A program made the position numbers and the translations under genes. A stretch of DNA of 64,000 nucleotides from NCBI GenBank assembly GCA_000934665.2, contig JYFJ02002583.1, positions 1 to 64,000 of the forward strand. The letters run 5' to 3'. The stretch comes from Catajapyx aquilonaris (lineage: Eukaryota). Shown here one piece after another: positions 63,802-64,000 of this stretch. How positions within the stretch are numbered: position 1 is the stretch's first letter; every line of letters begins with the position of its first letter. The notes beneath the pieces were generated by a model. That model saw only the letters and a program-made list of their open reading frames with translations, was not told the DNA's origin and made no database searches.

Positions 63802-64000
63802 TAATCCGTCTGTACCAAGTATCCCTGGTAGTAAAGTTATGGCCGTACTTTCAACGTCCTGGTAAGCAGCGATGGGGCAGAGCGAGGGGGAGTGTGACAT
63901 CTAAGCAGTCAGTAGCCTATGTAGTTCAATAAACATCTCCGAATATCTCATTTTTAAAATGGAATATAGAACCATGTTCGGGTTATTTGTGTTTTCCGGT

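Noticed and set aside
1..64000. CRISPR arrays, rRNA, prokaryotic operons or a true telomeric array
   Set aside because: None seen; the sequence is intron-rich eukaryotic DNA and the TTAGG run is only about three units

Overview
Eukaryotic (arthropod, probably pancrustacean/hexapod) genomic DNA with spliced genes and many non-autonomous transposons. There are no prokaryotic features, rRNA or CRISPR array. Gene models were built by hand from GT-AG boundaries and exon phases. In order: (1) a minus-strand tandem family (two complete 6-exon copies, one cut by the window edge) encoding secreted proteins with an 8-Cys, divergent CUB-like domain and a Thr/Lys/Pro mucin tail; (2) two tandem short-ankyrin TRPA-type (pyrexia/painless-like) channels with unusual pore residues; (3) a ~2.4 kb nested foldback structure; (4) fascin (singed); (5) three small secreted-protein genes on the plus strand (six-Cys odorant-binding-protein fold, Gly/Tyr/His-rich protein, lipocalin); (6) a very long POT1 telomere-protection gene (at least 1278 aa) with a repeat-containing N-terminal extension and a compact OB3 zinc finger. 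Its introns hold SINEs, MITEs and several ~0.75-1 kb palindromic elements. All family assignments come from recalled motifs, not database searches.
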